DNA of 64,000 bases from an uncultured Clostridia bacterium (GCA_944381825.1 CALWMK010000002.1:34660-98659), one strand, 5' to 3'. Counted from the first letter of the stretch, positions 40,016 to 50,974 are shown. Numbers and translations are program-made. Notes: generated from the letters alone by a model not told the origin.

Positions 40016-41965
40016 TTATCCTTTAAGTTCATCAAATAATGATTCATCCTTATTAAAATTGGCATGTTCAGAAATATATACCTTTCTTGCTTCAATGTTA
40101 TCACCCATAAGTGTTGTAATCATTTTTTCAGCCTCAGCAGCATCATCTATTCCCACCTTAACTAAGGTTCTTTTATTTGGATTCATTGTAGTATCCCAAA
40201 GTTGTTCTGGGTTCATCTCACCAAGCCCTTTATATCTTTGAATTTGATAACCCTTTCCAACACGCTTAACTGCATCAGGAAGCTCTGCATCTGAATAAAC
40301 ATATTCTTCAATATCTCTTTTAAAAACCTTATAAAGAGGTGGCAAACCAATATAAACATGTCCATCTGTTATTAGTTTTTTCATATATCTAAAAAAGAAT
40401 GTTAGCAAAATTGCCCTTATATGAGCACCATCTTGGTCTGCATCTGATAAGATTATAACCTTGTGATATCTCAAATTTGAAATGTCAAAATCCTCACCAA
40501 GACCAGTTTCAAGAGCACTTATAATTGTCCTAATTTCTTCATTTGCAAGGACTTGATCAATACGCTTCTTTTCTGCATTTAGTGGTTTCCCTTTCAATGG
40601 CAAAATGGCTTGAATATTTCTATCTCTACCCATTTTTGCACTTCCGCCGGCACTGTCACCCTCAACTATAAAAAGTTCACATTGTTCTTTTTTTCTACTG
40701 GTGCAAGCGGACAGTTTGCCAACTAAATTATAATTATCAACAGAATTTTTTGCTCGGGCAAGCTCTTTTGCTTTTCTTGCGCTCTCTCTAACTTTAGCGG
40801 CCGCCTTTGCTTTGTTGATAATAATTTCAGCAATTTTTTCATTTTCTTGTGATTTTAAAAATTTTGTAAGTTCTTTAGTAATAATCGCTTCAACTTCAAC
40901 TCTTGCTTCTGGATTTCCAAGTTTTGTTTTAGTTTGTCCTTCGAATTGAACACTGCGCATTTTAATTGCCAAAACAACTGTAATTCCCTCACGAAAATCC
41001 TCACCCAAAAAATTTTGTTCTTTTTCTTTTAAAAATGAATTTGCACGAGCATATTCATTAAAAACTTTTGTCCAAGCAGTTCTAAATCCAGTTTCGTGTG
41101 TGCCACCTTCAGTTGTGGGAATATTATTAACATAAGAAAAACTATTTTCAGTATAGGAATCTGTGTATTGAATTGAAGCTTCTAGTTTAACCGAATTACT
41201 CTCACCTTCTAAATGTATAGGTGAATTAAAAAGTTTATTTTTTCCTTCATTTAAATAAAGAGTAAAATCTTTCAAACCTCCTTCAAAGCAAAAAGTATCA
41301 GTTTGCTTTGTGCGCTTATCACAAAGTTCGATTATAATTCCTTTATTTAAAAAAGCTAATTCTCTTGCTCGTTTAGCAATTATATCATAATTAAATGTTA
41401 ATTCTTTAAAAACGCGAATATCTGGCATAAAAGTAACAGTTGTACCAGTTTTATTGCTTTCTCCTATCAAAGTGAGCGGTTTTAATGCAACTCCTGAATG
41501 AATTTTTCCATTCTCGTCTGCAAATGAAGCAAAGTCCATAGTATATTTTTTGCCGTCTTTACAAACAGTAACTTTAAGCCATTCAGATAGCGCATTTGTA
41601 ACAGAAGCACCAACGCCATGAAGTCCACCAGAGTAACCATAATTATCATTATTAAACTTTCCCCCAGCATGAAGTTGAGTAAAAACAACTTCGACACCGC
41701 TTTTCTTAAGAGTTGGATGCAAATCAACTGGAATTCCTCTTCCATTATCTTCCACTGTGGCACTACCATCAGTGTTTAGGGTAATGCTTATTTTATTTCC
41801 AAAACCATTAGAAACTTCATCTATAGAATTATCAACAATTTCCCATAAAAGATGATGTAGTCCTTTAGAACCTGTTGTTCCAATATACATTCCTGGTCTA
41901 AGTCTTACCGCATCCAATCCTTCCAAAACAACTATATCTTTACTCTCGTAACTATTTCCTGACAT
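40016..41965 (-). CDS. parE: Type IIA topoisomerase subunit B (ParE/GyrB family)
   Basis: 649 aa. GHKL ATPase (LHHLLWEIVDNSIDE), Toprim (ELFIVEGDSAGGSAK) and PLKGK. Confidence 0.85.
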   Translation of the reverse strand: MSGNSYESKDIVVLEGLDAVRLRPGMYIGTTGSKGLHHLLWEIVDNSIDEVSNGFGNKISITLNTDGSATVEDNGRGIPVDLHPTLKKSGVEVVFTQLHAGGKFNNDNYGYSGGLHGVGASVTNALSEWLKVTVCKDGKKYTMDFASFADENGKIHSGVALKPLTLIGESNKTGTTVTFMPDIRVFKELTFNYDIIAKRARELAFLNKGIIIELCDKRTKQTDTFCFEGGLKDFTLYLNEGKNKLFNSPIHLEGESNSVKLEASIQYTDSYTENSFSYVNNIPTTEGGTHETGFRTAWTKVFNEYARANSFLKEKEQNFLGEDFREGITVVLAIKMRSVQFEGQTKTKLGNPEARVEVEAIITKELTKFLKSQENEKIAEIIINKAKAAAKVRESARKAKELARAKNSVDNYNLVGKLSACTSRKKEQCELFIVEGDSAGGSAKMGRDRNIQAILPLKGKPLNAEKKRIDQVLANEEIRTIISALETGLGEDFDISNLRYHKVIILSDADQDGAHIRAILLTFFFRYMKKLITDGHVYIGLPPLYKVFKRDIEEYVYSDAELPDAVKRVGKGYQIQRYKGLGEMNPEQLWDTTMNPNKRTLVKVGIDDAAEAEKMITTLMGDNIEARKVYISEHANFNKDESLFDELKG

Positions 41966-42010
41966 TTTTCTCTCCGTAAATTAATTATATCACAATAAAT
42001 TATATAAAAC

Positions 42011-42679
42011 TCAATTTTTTTCGCCTTTAATAGTTAAACATGCATTTTTTTTATCATCACTATTATAAACATAACTTCCGCTCACAACAATGTCCACACC
42101 CCTATCAAAAAGCTTCTCTGCGATTTCTGGAACAATTCCTCCGTCAACTTCTATAAAAAATTTTAAACCATTATTTTTTCTAAATGCATTTAATTTTTCT
42201 ACCTTCTCATAGGTTTCAGATAAAAAGTTTTGACCACTTTTCCCAGGTTTAACACTCATTATTAAAACCAAATCTACAAATTTCACCATTTGTAAAATTT
42301 TATCAAGTGGTGTTTCTGGTTTAAAACTAAGACCAGCCAATGCACCATTGTCATGAATTTGTTTAATAACTTTCAATAACCGTTTTTCACTGGAAAAACT
42401 TTCGTAATGAATTGTTAAAATATTTGCACCTGCTTCAACAAAACTAACATATTTATTTTTCAAATCATTTGTCATTAAATGCACATCAAGCATTATAAGT
42501 GTGTGAGCATTAATTTTTTTTATTGTTTCAAGTGAAAGCAAATCCCTTCCAACAAATGTTTCATCCATTACATCACAATGTAAAAAATCACAAGAATCAC
42601 GAAGAATATTGGCATATTCTAATAACTCACCGAAATTTTTTGTAGGCTCAGTTGAAATAGAAATCATTTTTTTAGCCAT
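42011..42679 (-). CDS. rpe: Ribulose-phosphate 3-epimerase
   Basis: 222 aa with the LHCDVMDETFVG and DGGI motifs of the Rpe TIM barrel. Follows rsgA as in other Bacillota. Confidence 0.85.
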   Translation of the reverse strand: MAKKMISISTEPTKNFGELLEYANILRDSCDFLHCDVMDETFVGRDLLSLETIKKINAHTLIMLDVHLMTNDLKNKYVSFVEAGANILTIHYESFSSEKRLLKVIKQIHDNGALAGLSFKPETPLDKILQMVKFVDLVLIMSVKPGKSGQNFLSETYEKVEKLNAFRKNNGLKFFIEVDGGIVPEIAEKLFDRGVDIVVSGSYVYNSDDKKNACLTIKGEKN

Positions 42680-43541
42680 GATTTTTTATAAACTCCTCTT
42701 TTAAAACTTCAAAAATTTCAAGATAGCGCTCATATCTATTTTGGTCTATTAAACCAAGTTTTACACCTTTTTTTACCCCACAATCATTTATGCTTTCTTT
42801 TGTATGTGTGCATGATTTATATTTACAGGTTTCATGAGAAGATAAAAAATCTGGATAATAATAACAAAGTTCAAAATAATTAATAGGTAAATATTTTTCA
42901 CTTAAGCTTGAAAAACCAGCCGTGTCAGCAATAAATGTGTTATGCTCTAATTTATAAAGTTTTGCACTTCTAGTTGTATTTTTTCCACGCTTGATTTTTT
43001 TAGAAAGATTTCCTTCAAGTGTAATATTGGCATTATATATTTTGTTTATTAATGCAGATTTTCCAACAGCAGATTGACCTGCAAATGCACAAATATGCCC
43101 TTTCATTTGGCTATGCAAATCTTCTAGATTTTCACTTGTTTTTGCAGATAAAAAAATAATAGGACAAGCATTTTTATAAACTTTTTCAACCTCAATTAAA
43201 AAAGATTTATCTGCAATGTCAATTTTATTAACACAAATAATTGGGATCACATCACATGTTAAGGAAAACAAAATCAATTTATCCACTATTTTAAAATCAG
43301 GTTTTGGAGTTTGCGCTATAACAATAAACAACTTTTCTAAGTTTGCGATATTTGGGCGTATAAATAAATTTTTTCTAGGATAAATTTTTTCTATTATGTT
43401 CAAATCTTCATTATATTCAACAAAATCTCCAACAAATATGCCCTGTTCTTTTAAATTTTTTCGAGCTAAAGAACAAGGCTTTCCGCCTTCACACTCAAGT
43501 TCAAATATATTAGACTTTTTTTCAACAACAAGTGCCTTCAT
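42672..43541 (-). CDS. rsgA: Ribosome small-subunit-dependent GTPase A
   Basis: 289 aa. Circularly permuted GTPase (NKID before GQSAVGKSALIN) with a C-terminal Cys/His zinc motif. Confidence 0.9.
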   Translation of the reverse strand: MKALVVEKKSNIFELECEGGKPCSLARKNLKEQGIFVGDFVEYNEDLNIIEKIYPRKNLFIRPNIANLEKLFIVIAQTPKPDFKIVDKLILFSLTCDVIPIICVNKIDIADKSFLIEVEKVYKNACPIIFLSAKTSENLEDLHSQMKGHICAFAGQSAVGKSALINKIYNANITLEGNLSKKIKRGKNTTRSAKLYKLEHNTFIADTAGFSSLSEKYLPINYFELCYYYPDFLSSHETCKYKSCTHTKESINDCGVKKGVKLGLIDQNRYERYLEIFEVLKEEFIKNHG

Positions 43542-44470
43542 TCTACAAATTTTCCTACTTCTAGTTTTCTGCCATTCAAAAAGTCTTTTGCAGACATGAT
43601 TTTTTTATTTGCGGGTTTAAGTTCTAAAATTTCTATGAACCCATCTAAACAAGAAATAATTAGACCTTGTTTTGGATTGGCAACAACGATCTGTCCACAA
43701 CCAAGAGGTTTAAAATCTACTTCTGTCTTTTTCGCCCTATAAACTAAAAATTTTTCTCCTTCTAAATTAAAATAACAAGCAGGACTAGGAGCATAAGCCC
43801 TTATTTTATTACAAATTTTATTAGCTGTTTTTTCAAAATTAATCTTTGAATTTTCCTTTTTAAACATTTTGGTTTTTGTTGCTAAAAACTCATCCTGCTT
43901 TTTATAAACTGCTTGTCCACTTTCAATTAAATCAAGAGCCTTTATTAAAAGTTTCCCACCAATATTTGCACATTTATTCATAAGTGTTTCACTATTATCT
44001 TCTTCAAAAATTTCAAATTCTTGTTGAAGCAAAATATCGCCAGTATCAACACCGGCATCAGTTCGCATAATAGTAACTCCAGTCATTTTTTCACCATGTA
44101 ATAGAGCAGTTTGAATTGGCGAAGCTCCTCTATATTTAGGAAGAAGAGAACCATGAACATTAATTATTTTATATTTGGGAATATCAATTATTTCTTGTGA
44201 CAAAATTTGTCCAAAACTTGCAGTGACAAATATGTCAGCATTTAAACTTTTTAAAATTTCTACACCTTCAAATCTTATTTTTTCAAATTGATATACGGGA
44301 ATATTTTTTTCAAGCGCAAAAGTTTTAACTTCAGGCATAGAAAGTTTATTACCTCTTCCGCTTGGTTTATCGGTTGCACAAACAACTGCAATTACATTAT
44401 GATGTGAATTTAAAAGATGTTCTAAACAAATTTTTGCAAAATGCGGAGTGCCCATAAAAACAATTTTCAT
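43538..44470 (-). CDS. fmt: Methionyl-tRNA formyltransferase
   Basis: 310 aa with MKIVFMGTPHFA and HGSLLPKYRGASPIQ. Confidence 0.95.
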   Translation of the reverse strand: MKIVFMGTPHFAKICLEHLLNSHHNVIAVVCATDKPSGRGNKLSMPEVKTFALEKNIPVYQFEKIRFEGVEILKSLNADIFVTASFGQILSQEIIDIPKYKIINVHGSLLPKYRGASPIQTALLHGEKMTGVTIMRTDAGVDTGDILLQQEFEIFEEDNSETLMNKCANIGGKLLIKALDLIESGQAVYKKQDEFLATKTKMFKKENSKINFEKTANKICNKIRAYAPSPACYFNLEGEKFLVYRAKKTEVDFKPLGCGQIVVANPKQGLIISCLDGFIEILELKPANKKIMSAKDFLNGRKLEVGKFVE

Positions 44471-44474
44471 AAGA

Positions 44475-44915
44475 CTATTCCTCCACTTTGTCTATAAATA
44501 AAATTCCATTTAGATGGTCAACTTCATGACAAATGCATCTTGCCAAATATTTTTCTCCTGTAATAGTAAACTCATAACCAAATCTATCTTGTGCTTTAAC
44601 TGTCACTTTATATGGTCTTTTAACTTTTTTATGATCGCTTCCAACAGACAAACAACCCTCATTTTCAATATCTTCACCTTCTTCATAAACTATTGTTGGG
44701 TTGACAAGTTCAAGTCGCATATTGTTAACATGAACAATAACCACCCTTCTTAAAACACCCACTTGTGGAGCTGCAAGCCCCATGCCATCATTTGAAAACA
44801 TTGTTTCCCACATATCATCCAATAAATCTTCCAAACCTTTATCGAACTTGACAACTGGTTTGGAAATTTTTCTCAATGTATCATCACCAACTTTAATAAT
44901 TCTTCTAAGTGCCAT
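44475..44915 (-). CDS. def: Peptide deformylase
   Basis: 146 aa with GLAAPQVG, EGCLS and HEVDH motifs. Confidence 0.95.
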   Translation of the reverse strand: MALRRIIKVGDDTLRKISKPVVKFDKGLEDLLDDMWETMFSNDGMGLAAPQVGVLRRVVIVHVNNMRLELVNPTIVYEEGEDIENEGCLSVGSDHKKVKRPYKVTVKAQDRFGYEFTITGEKYLARCICHEVDHLNGILFIDKVEE

Positions 44916-44926
44916 TATTTACTCCT

Positions 44927-47131
44927 TTAATTCAAATTCTGAGGGTTAACCTCAACAAAAATGCTAACATTAGCATATGCAACCTCGTCGCAAATTTGGT
45001 ATAATTTCTCCAAAATTTGTGTTTCATGATTTTTTGAAATACGCATTAGAATTTGATATCTATGCTTATTTTTTATTCTGGAAATTGGAGATTTCATAAC
45101 AGAAAGATAAATGAAATCTTCACTATTATAAAGTGCTGAAACTTTGGCATAAGCACTTTTAACAATATCTAGTAAAATTTTATCATTTTCAGAAGAAAAA
45201 AGCAAGCGTACTATTGTTGAAAAGGGTGGAAAATGTGTTGTTTGACGAAGGTTAATTTCCTTATTATAAAAGCCTTCATAATCGTAATTAGTTGCAAACC
45301 TATATACATAATGCTTTGGGCAATAGGTTTGAAGAACAACACTTCCTTCACTCTTTTCTCTTCCAGCTCTACCACTAACTTGAGTTACTAGTTGGAATGT
45401 TTTTTCTGCACTTTTATAATCGGAATGAAATAAACTTTGATCGGCGTCAATAATACCAACAAAAGTTACATCTTTAAAATCATGACCTTTGGCAATCATC
45501 TGAGTTCCAACTAAAATTGCAGGCTTAGTGTTAGCAAATTCACTCAAAATCTTCATATGCCCATTTTTGTTTTTTGTTGTATCATTATCCATTCTTAAAA
45601 TTTTAACATCAGGAAAAATTTGAGATAATCTATCAACCACTTGTTCGGTTCCAACAGCCCCTTGTTTGATCGATTCACTATGACATTGTGGGCAAACTGT
45701 AAGCGCTTTATATGTTTTGCCACAATAATGACATTTTAATTTTTCTTCATGTTTATGATAAACTAATGAAACATCGCAATCATTACATTTTGCAATATAA
45801 CCACACTCTCTACACATCATAAAAGATGAGAAACCCCTTCTATTAATAAAGAGCATAGCTTGTTTTTTTTCCTTTATAGTCTTTTGCAACTTTCCAAGCA
45901 ATACATTTGAAAAAATACTAGTGTTGCCTTGTTGCAATTCACCCAACATATCCACTATTGTAATTTCAGGTAATGGACGATTATTAACCCTTGTTGGTAG
46001 CGATACAAGCTCAAAAACACCATTTTGAGCACAATAAAAATGCTCAATGCTAGGAGTAGCACTTGCCAAAACAAGTGGACAATTGTTAAATTGACACCTA
46101 AATTTTGCAATATCGTGGGTTAAGTATCTTGGATTAGAATCGCTTTGATAGCTTGAATCGTGTTCTTCATCGATAATAATTATACCAATATTTTCTAAGG
46201 GTGCAAAAATTGCTGACCTGGCTCCAATAACAACTTTAGCTTCTTGGTTTAGTATTCTAGACCATTCATCAAACCTTTCACCAGCAGAAAGTCCGCTATG
46301 TAAAATTGCCACATTGTTGCCAAACCTACTTTTTAAAGCAGCAAGCACAATGGGTGTTAAAGAAATTTCTGGCACTAGTAAAATTGCGCTTTTCCCATTA
46401 GCCAATGCCTTTTCAATGCAAGAAAGATAAACTTCAGTTTTCCCACTTCCAGTTACACCATGAAGTAAAATAGTTTTATTTTCAAATTGGCAAATTTTTT
46501 GTATTGCATGTTTTTGATATTTTGTGTGCTCAACATTAATAAAATTATGATTTAAAACCTCTGGACTTCTTTCGATTTTAAATTTTTCCTCAATTAAAAC
46601 TTTATCTTTTTTTAATTTATCTAAAGCACTATGTGTGAAAAGTTTGGATAAAACACTGCTTTTTTCACTTTTATGTTCTTTTAAATAAATTAATAAAGAA
46701 AATATATTTTTTGAATTTTTGCGAAGCGAATTAGAATATTGTTCCAAATTTATATTTTTATTTAAGGAAAAATAAGTGGTAAAAAGTTCACCAACTTTGT
46801 TCGTTCTAAGTTCACTTGGCAAAAAAAGCCTTAATATATCGATATATTTCAAATGAAATTTAACCCTCATAAATTCAACAATAGCCAATCTTTCCTCATT
46901 TAATATTGCAAAGCCATCTACTTTTTTTATGATTTTTTTAATGTTTCCAGAAAATTTTGCACTGTTATCAACTTTTAAAACATATCCCTCAACAATACGA
47001 GTTCCAAAAGGCACTAAAACACGATGTCCCAAAACACTAGCATCTTCAGTTTCGTAAACAAAAATTTTATCAACTGCACTTGATAATACATCTACAATTA
47101 CATGCGCAAATAATTTTTCTTCCATTATCAC
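44927..47131 (-). CDS. priA: Primosomal protein N' (PriA helicase)
   Basis: 734 aa with GVTGSGKTEVY, IIIDEEHD and a CxxC zinc-binding cluster (CRECGYIAKCNDCD...CHYCG...CPQCHS). Confidence 0.95.
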   Translation of the reverse strand: MIMEEKLFAHVIVDVLSSAVDKIFVYETEDASVLGHRVLVPFGTRIVEGYVLKVDNSAKFSGNIKKIIKKVDGFAILNEERLAIVEFMRVKFHLKYIDILRLFLPSELRTNKVGELFTTYFSLNKNINLEQYSNSLRKNSKNIFSLLIYLKEHKSEKSSVLSKLFTHSALDKLKKDKVLIEEKFKIERSPEVLNHNFINVEHTKYQKHAIQKICQFENKTILLHGVTGSGKTEVYLSCIEKALANGKSAILLVPEISLTPIVLAALKSRFGNNVAILHSGLSAGERFDEWSRILNQEAKVVIGARSAIFAPLENIGIIIIDEEHDSSYQSDSNPRYLTHDIAKFRCQFNNCPLVLASATPSIEHFYCAQNGVFELVSLPTRVNNRPLPEITIVDMLGELQQGNTSIFSNVLLGKLQKTIKEKKQAMLFINRRGFSSFMMCRECGYIAKCNDCDVSLVYHKHEEKLKCHYCGKTYKALTVCPQCHSESIKQGAVGTEQVVDRLSQIFPDVKILRMDNDTTKNKNGHMKILSEFANTKPAILVGTQMIAKGHDFKDVTFVGIIDADQSLFHSDYKSAEKTFQLVTQVSGRAGREKSEGSVVLQTYCPKHYVYRFATNYDYEGFYNKEINLRQTTHFPPFSTIVRLLFSSENDKILLDIVKSAYAKVSALYNSEDFIYLSVMKSPISRIKNKHRYQILMRISKNHETQILEKLYQICDEVAYANVSIFVEVNPQNLN

Positions 47132-47265
47132 CTTTTCAAACTTTAAAATTAAAAACTTAAACTAACTTTTGAAGTTAAAATTCTCAAAAAATGTAATAAC
47201 CATTTCATCACAAAAAAAATCTGTCAAATATGACAGATTGTAACATATATTAAACAAAAAAACAA

Positions 47266-47466
47266 TTAAACTTGGTCGCTAGAAGTTATCTTTCCCTCAT
47301 AAATTTCTTCAGCAGCCCAACTAACTGACTTTATATCACTTTTTTCAAGTTCAGCTGGAATTCTTTTTTCTAATTCTTTTGCTCTTTTTGCCATAACACA
47401 AACAAGTTTATATTTGTTTCCATCCATTCTTTTTGCCAAATCATCAATTGGCGGTTCTATCATCAT
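47266..47466 (-). CDS. rpoZ: RNA polymerase omega subunit
   Basis: 66 aa. PPIDDLAKRMDGNKYKLVCVMAKRAKEL fits RpoZ. Confidence 0.85.
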   Translation of the reverse strand: MMIEPPIDDLAKRMDGNKYKLVCVMAKRAKELEKRIPAELEKSDIKSVSWAAEEIYEGKITSSDQV

Positions 47467-47629
47467 ACTATCACCTCTAAAAGTTAATTAAAGTTGCTTG
47501 TTGCACAACTGCACAACTTATGTTAAATAGGACAACTTTAAAAAGTACAAAAATAAACACATAGCAAATTCACATATGACCTATATAACTTTTGTATTAT
47601 AGCATAAAAAAACAATTTTGAAAAGAGTT

Positions 47630-47815
47630 TTATTTATTATTTTTATTTTTTTCGCTTAAAGATTCAAGTGCAACTCTTGTTGCTTCAATAACAAAAGCGC
47701 TAAAAGTGCAATTAGTACCCTTAATTTCTCTTTCAACACTTTCAATAATATCGTTTGGAAATCTAATTCCTTTATTGGTTGTTGGCGGAACAGATGGTAT
47801 TTTAAATTCTCTCAT
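47630..47815 (-). CDS. Small protein, possibly ribbon-helix-helix/Arc-like DNA-binding
   Basis: 61 aa. KGIRFPNDIIESVE...FSAFVIEATRVALESL has a beta-strand then two-helix pattern. A GGAGAAT RBS is present. Confidence 0.4.
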   Translation of the reverse strand: MREFKIPSVPPTTNKGIRFPNDIIESVEREIKGTNCTFSAFVIEATRVALESLSEKNKNNK

Positions 47816-47958
47816 AATATTCTCCTTAATATAGTTTCATTTGTTAGTATTTATTTTTCAATAGCAATTAACAACAAACTTATGTTTTAATTTTAATGCA
47901 TATTTAGTTTAATGTCAGTTCTACATTTGTTTTTAATTTGCGATACATTATGTTTTAC

Positions 47959-48759
47959 TTATAATTTCTCTACATTTTTAAATTTTACTCTGTTATCAAA
48001 TATTTTCATAAGAAGAGATAGCTTTTCATTATCACATCTTTCTCCATAAAAAACAATTTGCCTTGGACAAAGACCAATTAAAGAAGTAACCAAATTTTCT
48101 TCATCGCAAATTTCAATCGACTTATCAAGTTCGTCAAATATTTCAAACTTTTCTCCCTCTAAATACACATTTAAGGTATCATGAGAAATCTCTAAATTAT
48201 CTATTAAAAATTTTAACAAATCGATAAAATTATCATTACAAATCAAAAAGCATCCATTATCATTAGCTATAGAAGCCAACTCTTCCCACTTTTCCCTTAT
48301 AGATTTTAGTTTAAAATAATAAAATGATTCAAGAGAAATATCTTTATTGTCTTCAATGATTAATTGTTTTGAAATTAAAAATGCATCTGTTTCTTTATCA
48401 AAACTAATAAGAGCCTTTTTTAGCGCTTCGTAATACAATCCCTCTTTGATTGGCAAATTTAAAGTTCTTGTTAAAAACTCTTCTTTGAAATAAATACAAA
48501 TAGTTTCAATAATTGCATTGGATAAAAATACACCTGCTCTGTTTTTATCATATTCTTCACAAGCTAATAAAATTTTTATTTGATGGTTTTCTTCAAATTT
48601 TTTAACATAAACTCCAAATTCATTCACTTGTTTTTTTAAGTAATTAAATAAAAAATTAGCTGCTTTAAAATGTTTGGCTTCAAGACAAACGCATATTTCC
48701 CACATAAATTGCTCCTTGCTCATAGTATTGTATGCAAACAAAAAAGCTCTATACACCAT
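47959..48759 (-). CDS. Hypothetical protein, possibly YtxC-like
   Basis: 266 aa. The motif LESFYYFKLKSIREKWEEL resembles the YtxC family FRL..Y region. This is recollection only. Confidence 0.4.
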   Translation of the reverse strand: MVYRAFLFAYNTMSKEQFMWEICVCLEAKHFKAANFLFNYLKKQVNEFGVYVKKFEENHQIKILLACEEYDKNRAGVFLSNAIIETICIYFKEEFLTRTLNLPIKEGLYYEALKKALISFDKETDAFLISKQLIIEDNKDISLESFYYFKLKSIREKWEELASIANDNGCFLICNDNFIDLLKFLIDNLEISHDTLNVYLEGEKFEIFDELDKSIEICDEENLVTSLIGLCPRQIVFYGERCDNEKLSLLMKIFDNRVKFKNVEKL

Positions 48760-48893
48760 TTTTAGCGCATTTGAAAACTATTTTTAAATAAATTTATCAG
48801 TTGATGTTTCATATTATCTAAAGAATAATTATATCTTTTAATTGACAAAATAATTTATTAAATGCTAATCTAAATAAATAAAAGAGGTTAATT

Positions 48894-49586
48894 ATGAAGA
48901 GAAAATTTTTGTTATATATTATCTGCTTTCTTCTATTATGTGTGCCACTTTTTTATGGATGTAATGAAACAATTAATGAACATCAAATTTTTGTAACCTC
49001 TTCTGATATAAGACTAGGAACTGTGAAAGGTGATGGAATTTATAAAACAAACCAAACTGTAAAGTTAACTGCAATAGAGAAAAATCCAACAAATAAGTTT
49101 ATTTGTTGGGTAAAAGATAATGAAATTATATCTAAAGAACCGACTTATGAATTTAGCGCATCAAAACAAACCGAAGGCAAATATACCGCAGTGTTCTACT
49201 CGGAAAATTCTAATTATATGATTCTAGAAAAAATACATCTTACACTTTCCACAACCGAAACAGAAAGCGCTTATGAATTAAATGAACTTATACTTACACT
49301 TTCAAATAAAGAAATATATAATAATAAAGAAATAAGTCTATTATTCTCAAATGATTATTCTTTAGAAGAAATAGAAATTAATTCAAATTTGGTATATAAT
49401 AAAAATGTTGAAATTGAAACAACTATAACCACAAAAATTAACAATTCAGTTATTATAAATAATGCCATTTTTATGCTTTCAAATGATAACTCACTTCAAA
49501 TTGATTTAAACCTCAATACAAATATAAACAATACATCTTTAAATCTTTCGTTATTTTTTAGACCTTTAAGTTTCGTTGAAGAATAA
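48894..49586 (+). CDS. Putative lipoprotein (230 aa)
   Basis: Signal peptide ending LFYGC with an AGAGG RBS. Asn/Ser/Thr-rich mature part. Confidence 0.6.
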   Translation: MKRKFLLYIICFLLLCVPLFYGCNETINEHQIFVTSSDIRLGTVKGDGIYKTNQTVKLTAIEKNPTNKFICWVKDNEIISKEPTYEFSASKQTEGKYTAVFYSENSNYMILEKIHLTLSTTETESAYELNELILTLSNKEIYNNKEISLLFSNDYSLEEIEINSNLVYNKNVEIETTITTKINNSVIINNAIFMLSNDNSLQIDLNLNTNINNTSLNLSLFFRPLSFVEE

Positions 49587-49760
49587 AAAATTAAAATTTA
49601 AAAAACTGATATTTAAGAGCAAATGCTCTTATTTTTTATATTTATTTATTTTTATGTATATTTATTCATGCTTGACCATTTTGCATATTTATACAATATG
49701 CCTTATAAATATTCAAAAATTTAAAAACATATGATTTAAATTTTTACATATAATAAAATT

Positions 49761-50807
49761 ATGAAAACAATTATATTAACTGGCGGAGGAAGTGCTGGAC
49801 ATGTCACACCAAACTTGGCACTTATACCTCAATTAGAAAAACATTTTGATAATATTTGCTATGTGGGAACAAACGGGATTGAAAAATCGTTAGTCGAGTC
49901 CACCCATCTTCCATTTTATGAAATCCAAGCTTTTAAACTCGAGCGAAAACTAACCTTTAAAAATTTGCTTTTACCTTTTAAACTATTCAAGACCGTAAAA
50001 CAAGCAAAAAAGCTATTAAAAGAAATTTCTCCCAATATAGTTTTTTCAAAGGGTGGATATGTTTCTTTACCAGTAGTAATTGCCGCTAAAAAATTAAAAA
50101 TACCAGTGGTTTCGCATGAGAGTGACATTTCAATGGGACTTGCAAATAAGTTAATTTTAAGATATGCAGATTGTGTATGCACAAGTTTTTCTTCAACAGC
50201 TGAACAAAATAAAAAATGTGTTTACACTGGTTCTCCAGTAAGACCTCAAATAAAACAAGGCAAGTCTTATATAGCAAGAAAAATAACAGGAATAGATAAT
50301 CAAAGAAAAACAATAATGTTTTTTGGGGGAAGCTTAGGTGCCGAGGCAATCAATAATTTTGTGTTTAACTGTTTAGATGATTTATTGATAGATTATAATG
50401 TAATACATATAACAGGAAAAAATTGTCAAACTCAAATTCATAAACCAAATTATTATTCTTGTAAATTTACCAACCAAATCGAACATTTTTTTGCATTGGC
50501 GGATATAGTTGTTTGTCGTGCAGGTTCAAATTCTATTTTTGAATTATTATGCATAAAAAAACCTATGATTTTAATTCCACTACCTAAAAAAGCCTCTAGA
50601 GGCGACCAAATTGACAATGCAAAATACTTTGAGAAGCATGGATATGCAAAAGTAATTTGGCAAGAAGATTTAGATAAGAATAATTTTTTCAAAACTATAA
50701 ACTCAATGAATTTAGAAAATATAAGCCAAAAACTTTCATCTTCCAATTTGACCAACGGCAATGAAAATATTGTTAAACAAATATTAAAATATACTAATAA
50801 AAAATAA
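49761..50807 (+). CDS. murG: Undecaprenyldiphospho-muramoylpentapeptide beta-N-acetylglucosaminyltransferase
   Basis: 348 aa with the N-terminus LTGGGSAGHVTPNLALIPQL and the C-terminal GT28 domain (CRAGSNSIFELL). Confidence 0.9.
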   Translation: MKTIILTGGGSAGHVTPNLALIPQLEKHFDNICYVGTNGIEKSLVESTHLPFYEIQAFKLERKLTFKNLLLPFKLFKTVKQAKKLLKEISPNIVFSKGGYVSLPVVIAAKKLKIPVVSHESDISMGLANKLILRYADCVCTSFSSTAEQNKKCVYTGSPVRPQIKQGKSYIARKITGIDNQRKTIMFFGGSLGAEAINNFVFNCLDDLLIDYNVIHITGKNCQTQIHKPNYYSCKFTNQIEHFFALADIVVCRAGSNSIFELLCIKKPMILIPLPKKASRGDQIDNAKYFEKHGYAKVIWQEDLDKNNFFKTINSMNLENISQKLSSSNLTNGNENIVKQILKYTNKK

Positions 50808-50930
50808 AATAAATTATCTATTAAAAAAACAGTAGAGTTATATATTTTTAAGTTTTAACCTGATAACCTATTTTATAATTAAAAAACTTTCTTATAAGCT
50901 TACATAGGCAATGCGCATTTTTTATTAACA

Positions 50931-50961
50931 AAAAATCTCACTTAAATAAAGTGAGATTTTA
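50931..50961. terminator. Bidirectional intrinsic terminator
   Basis: ATCTCACTT-aaata-AAGTGAGAT flanked by A5 and T4. It sits between convergent murG and the acidic-protein gene. Confidence 0.7.
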
Positions 50962-50974
50962 GTCTTTTTATTTT

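Noticed and set aside
37289-41965. Calling the topoisomerase pair gyrB-gyrA.
   Set aside because: I saw no GyrA-box (QRRGGKG-like) at the start of the C-terminal domain, and the locus is not the dnaA/recF-type gyrase context. A ParE/ParC-like assignment is preferred, but only at moderate confidence without phylogeny.
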